Source: Podarcis muralis (lineage: Eukaryota). Taken from it: 64,000 bases of DNA. The DNA lies in NCBI RefSeq assembly GCF_964188315.1, contig NC_135659.1, positions 77,438,001 to 77,502,000 of the forward strand, written 5' to 3'. Positions 62,189-64,000 of this stretch are shown here, one piece after another; positions within the stretch are counted from its first letter, which is position 1, and every line of letters begins with the position of its first letter. Both the position numbers and the translations under genes were made by a program. Under the pieces are notes generated by a model, which had not been told where the DNA came from, ran no database searches, and saw only the letters and a program-made list of their open reading frames with translations.

Positions 62189-62442
62189 GCCCTTCTGAGA
62201 GTTTCAACATCAGTTTTGGATGTCATGTCCAATTCACGAAAGAAAAAAAAAAAGCTAAGGCTTGTATTACAAGTTGGATCTTTGCACATGTCCTGTAATT
62301 CTTTTGTTATCCTTTCAGTTCAACAACAAACCAAATCAACATGCCGGATGACATTTGGATTTTTCCTGAAAAAATTAATAAATCTCACAATTCTGCAGTG
62401 TTTGCTGAACTATAAAGGCAGTTAAAACATCCAAAATGCCTG

Positions 62443-62543
62443 CCCGAAACCTTGGAGAGCAACTGCCAACCAGTGTCAAAAAATACTGAACTAGTTGGAG
62501 CAATTATCTGTCTGGATATAAGGCAGTGTCTTACATTCTTATG
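62443..62543 (+). mobile_element. Squam3-like SINE 3' half
   Basis: GAAACCTTGGAGAGCAACTGCCAACCAGTGTC...ACTGAACTAG...TATAAGGCAG. Confidence 0.6.
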
Positions 62544-63082
62544 CTCCCATTAATCTGTCTCTTGTAATGTGTGTATAATGTACCTGTATTGTGTGCCTTA
62601 GTGGATTCTGCCACGTTACAGGAAATGCAAGTACACAGAAGGCCTGTGGGTGCCTCATGTGACCTGGTCAGCTGATTGTTAGCTTTGGGTTATGGGCGGG
62701 GGTGGTGGTTGGTAAGATACTTTAAAAGATGTTTACTACAGAAGCTGTCTTATCTTGTTGAGCTTAAGTCTTCACGTGAGGAGAGAGCTGCCAGCAAGAT
62801 ATCCTGAGCTTCAATGATGCTTGTGGAAGGAGGTGAAGTTTATAATCCAGGAGATCCAATTGGCAAATACAATATACATCAGTAATGGCCCATGTGTTGA
62901 GGTGGAGCTGCCCTCCTGACATTGGTGTCTCTCAAGCTTACCTCGACAAGGCTGGGGAGGGGCAGGGCAACAGCAAGGTGGGGCTCATAGAGGCACGCCA
63001 GTAGAGCAATCCATCCCTCCTTCTGGTACAGACCTGACTTTGTCACCACCCTCCTCCACTTCACTCCTGTCCCATCTAGGTA

Positions 63083-63324
63083 CAGTGGTATCTTGGCTTT
63101 CAAACATCTGCATTGACAAACATTTCTGTTTTCGAATGCCGTAAACCCAGAAGTAAATGCTTTGGTTTTCGAACAAGCCTCGAAAGTCAAACATGCCACG
63201 CGGCTTCTGTTGAATGCAAGATCCTGAGGCCTAGTTTTCGGCTATTGAGTTTTCAGTTTTTGAACATTTCAGAACTCAAACGGTCTTCTGGAACAGGTTA
63301 CGTTCGAAAACCGAGGTACCACTG
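63083..63324. mobile_element. Tigger-like MITE, subfamily c
   Basis: CAGTGGTATCTTGG / CCGAGGTACCACTG ends, TA flanks, repeated GTTTTCGAA(C) motifs. Confidence 0.88.
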
Positions 63325-64000
63325 TATTCAGAAATGACTTGACTACTCTGCCCCATCACACAGGTCACTACCGATACCTGCAGTCAAGATCTGCAGAAAC
63401 TAAAAGGTTCCATTCACAAATCTGTTGTACCAGAAATGACCAATCCTGTTGTGGAAAGTGACTTAGCAGATGATACCTCCAACAAAAGGAATCCCCCTTT
63501 AGTATAAGTATAAGGCTTGCACTAGGCATGGTGTGTCTGTGTGTCAGCAATGTACATGCAGTTCTCTGTTGTTTGTGTGGTGTGCCCTTTGTGCGGAGCA
63601 AGACTTTGGTATTGTTGGCACATCCATTTCCTACAGTCCCATTTGGACTGTATTTTCCAAAACAGCCTAGTAGTAGTCATAACCATGTCCAATTAAAGGT
63701 CAGCCATTATCAGCCATGGATCTGTGTTCACCCTGGCAGAAATGAGTATGTGGCTGACCTGCTTTTCCAACTGCACTAGGCTGCCAAAATCAGATAATAT
63801 ATTGTGTCCAAAGCCACAGAACCATGATGGCTAATCTCCAGATGTTCCAAAGTCCTAAGCCAGAACCCTCAAGTTCATGACTTTGGTTTTCAGTTCACAA
63901 GATGTCAAACCAGACTGCACAGTTTCTAAAATATATTGGTCATCCCTCTGACATATACATCAGACTTTCTTATGGAAGAAAATGTTAGACAGGTACATAC

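Noticed and set aside
1-64000. Inferring host-gene strand from retroelement orientation (5 of 6 Sauria SINEs on minus)
   Set aside because: Counts are too small and CR1/L2 copies are mixed; no reliable signal

Overview
This is non-coding vertebrate genomic DNA, most likely from a lizard. Sauria SINE, Bov-B, Squam-type SINEs and characteristic MITEs point to a squamate, probably a lacertid (inference from repeat content). I found no recognisable intact protein-coding exon, rRNA, true tRNA or CRISPR array. The ORF track is mostly LINE remnants, antisense or UTR frames of repeats, and chance ORFs. The window reads as a gene desert or very long intron. Transposon insertions (Bov-B, a second RTE family, CR1, L2, six Sauria SINEs, hAT and Tigger-like MITEs, one solo LTR, two Penelope-like families) alternate with repeat-free blocks that may be conserved regulatory elements; conservation cannot be verified here. 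The most notable items are: (1) two young Penelope-like insertions with long inverted arms carrying minimal hammerhead-ribozyme motifs, one with a perfect 13-bp TSD; (2) a 23-codon RPL36A retrocopy fused in frame to an L2 fragment; (3) a poly(A)-only insertion with a 9-bp TSD; (4) a branchpoint-polypyrimidine-CAG|GTGAGT recursive-splice-like motif on the minus strand; (5) three Tigger-like MITE subfamilies sharing a terminal repeat but with different subterminal motifs. These are interesting instances of known phenomena. I see no solid evidence for a wholly new biological system. There is a 132-N assembly gap at 13875-14006.
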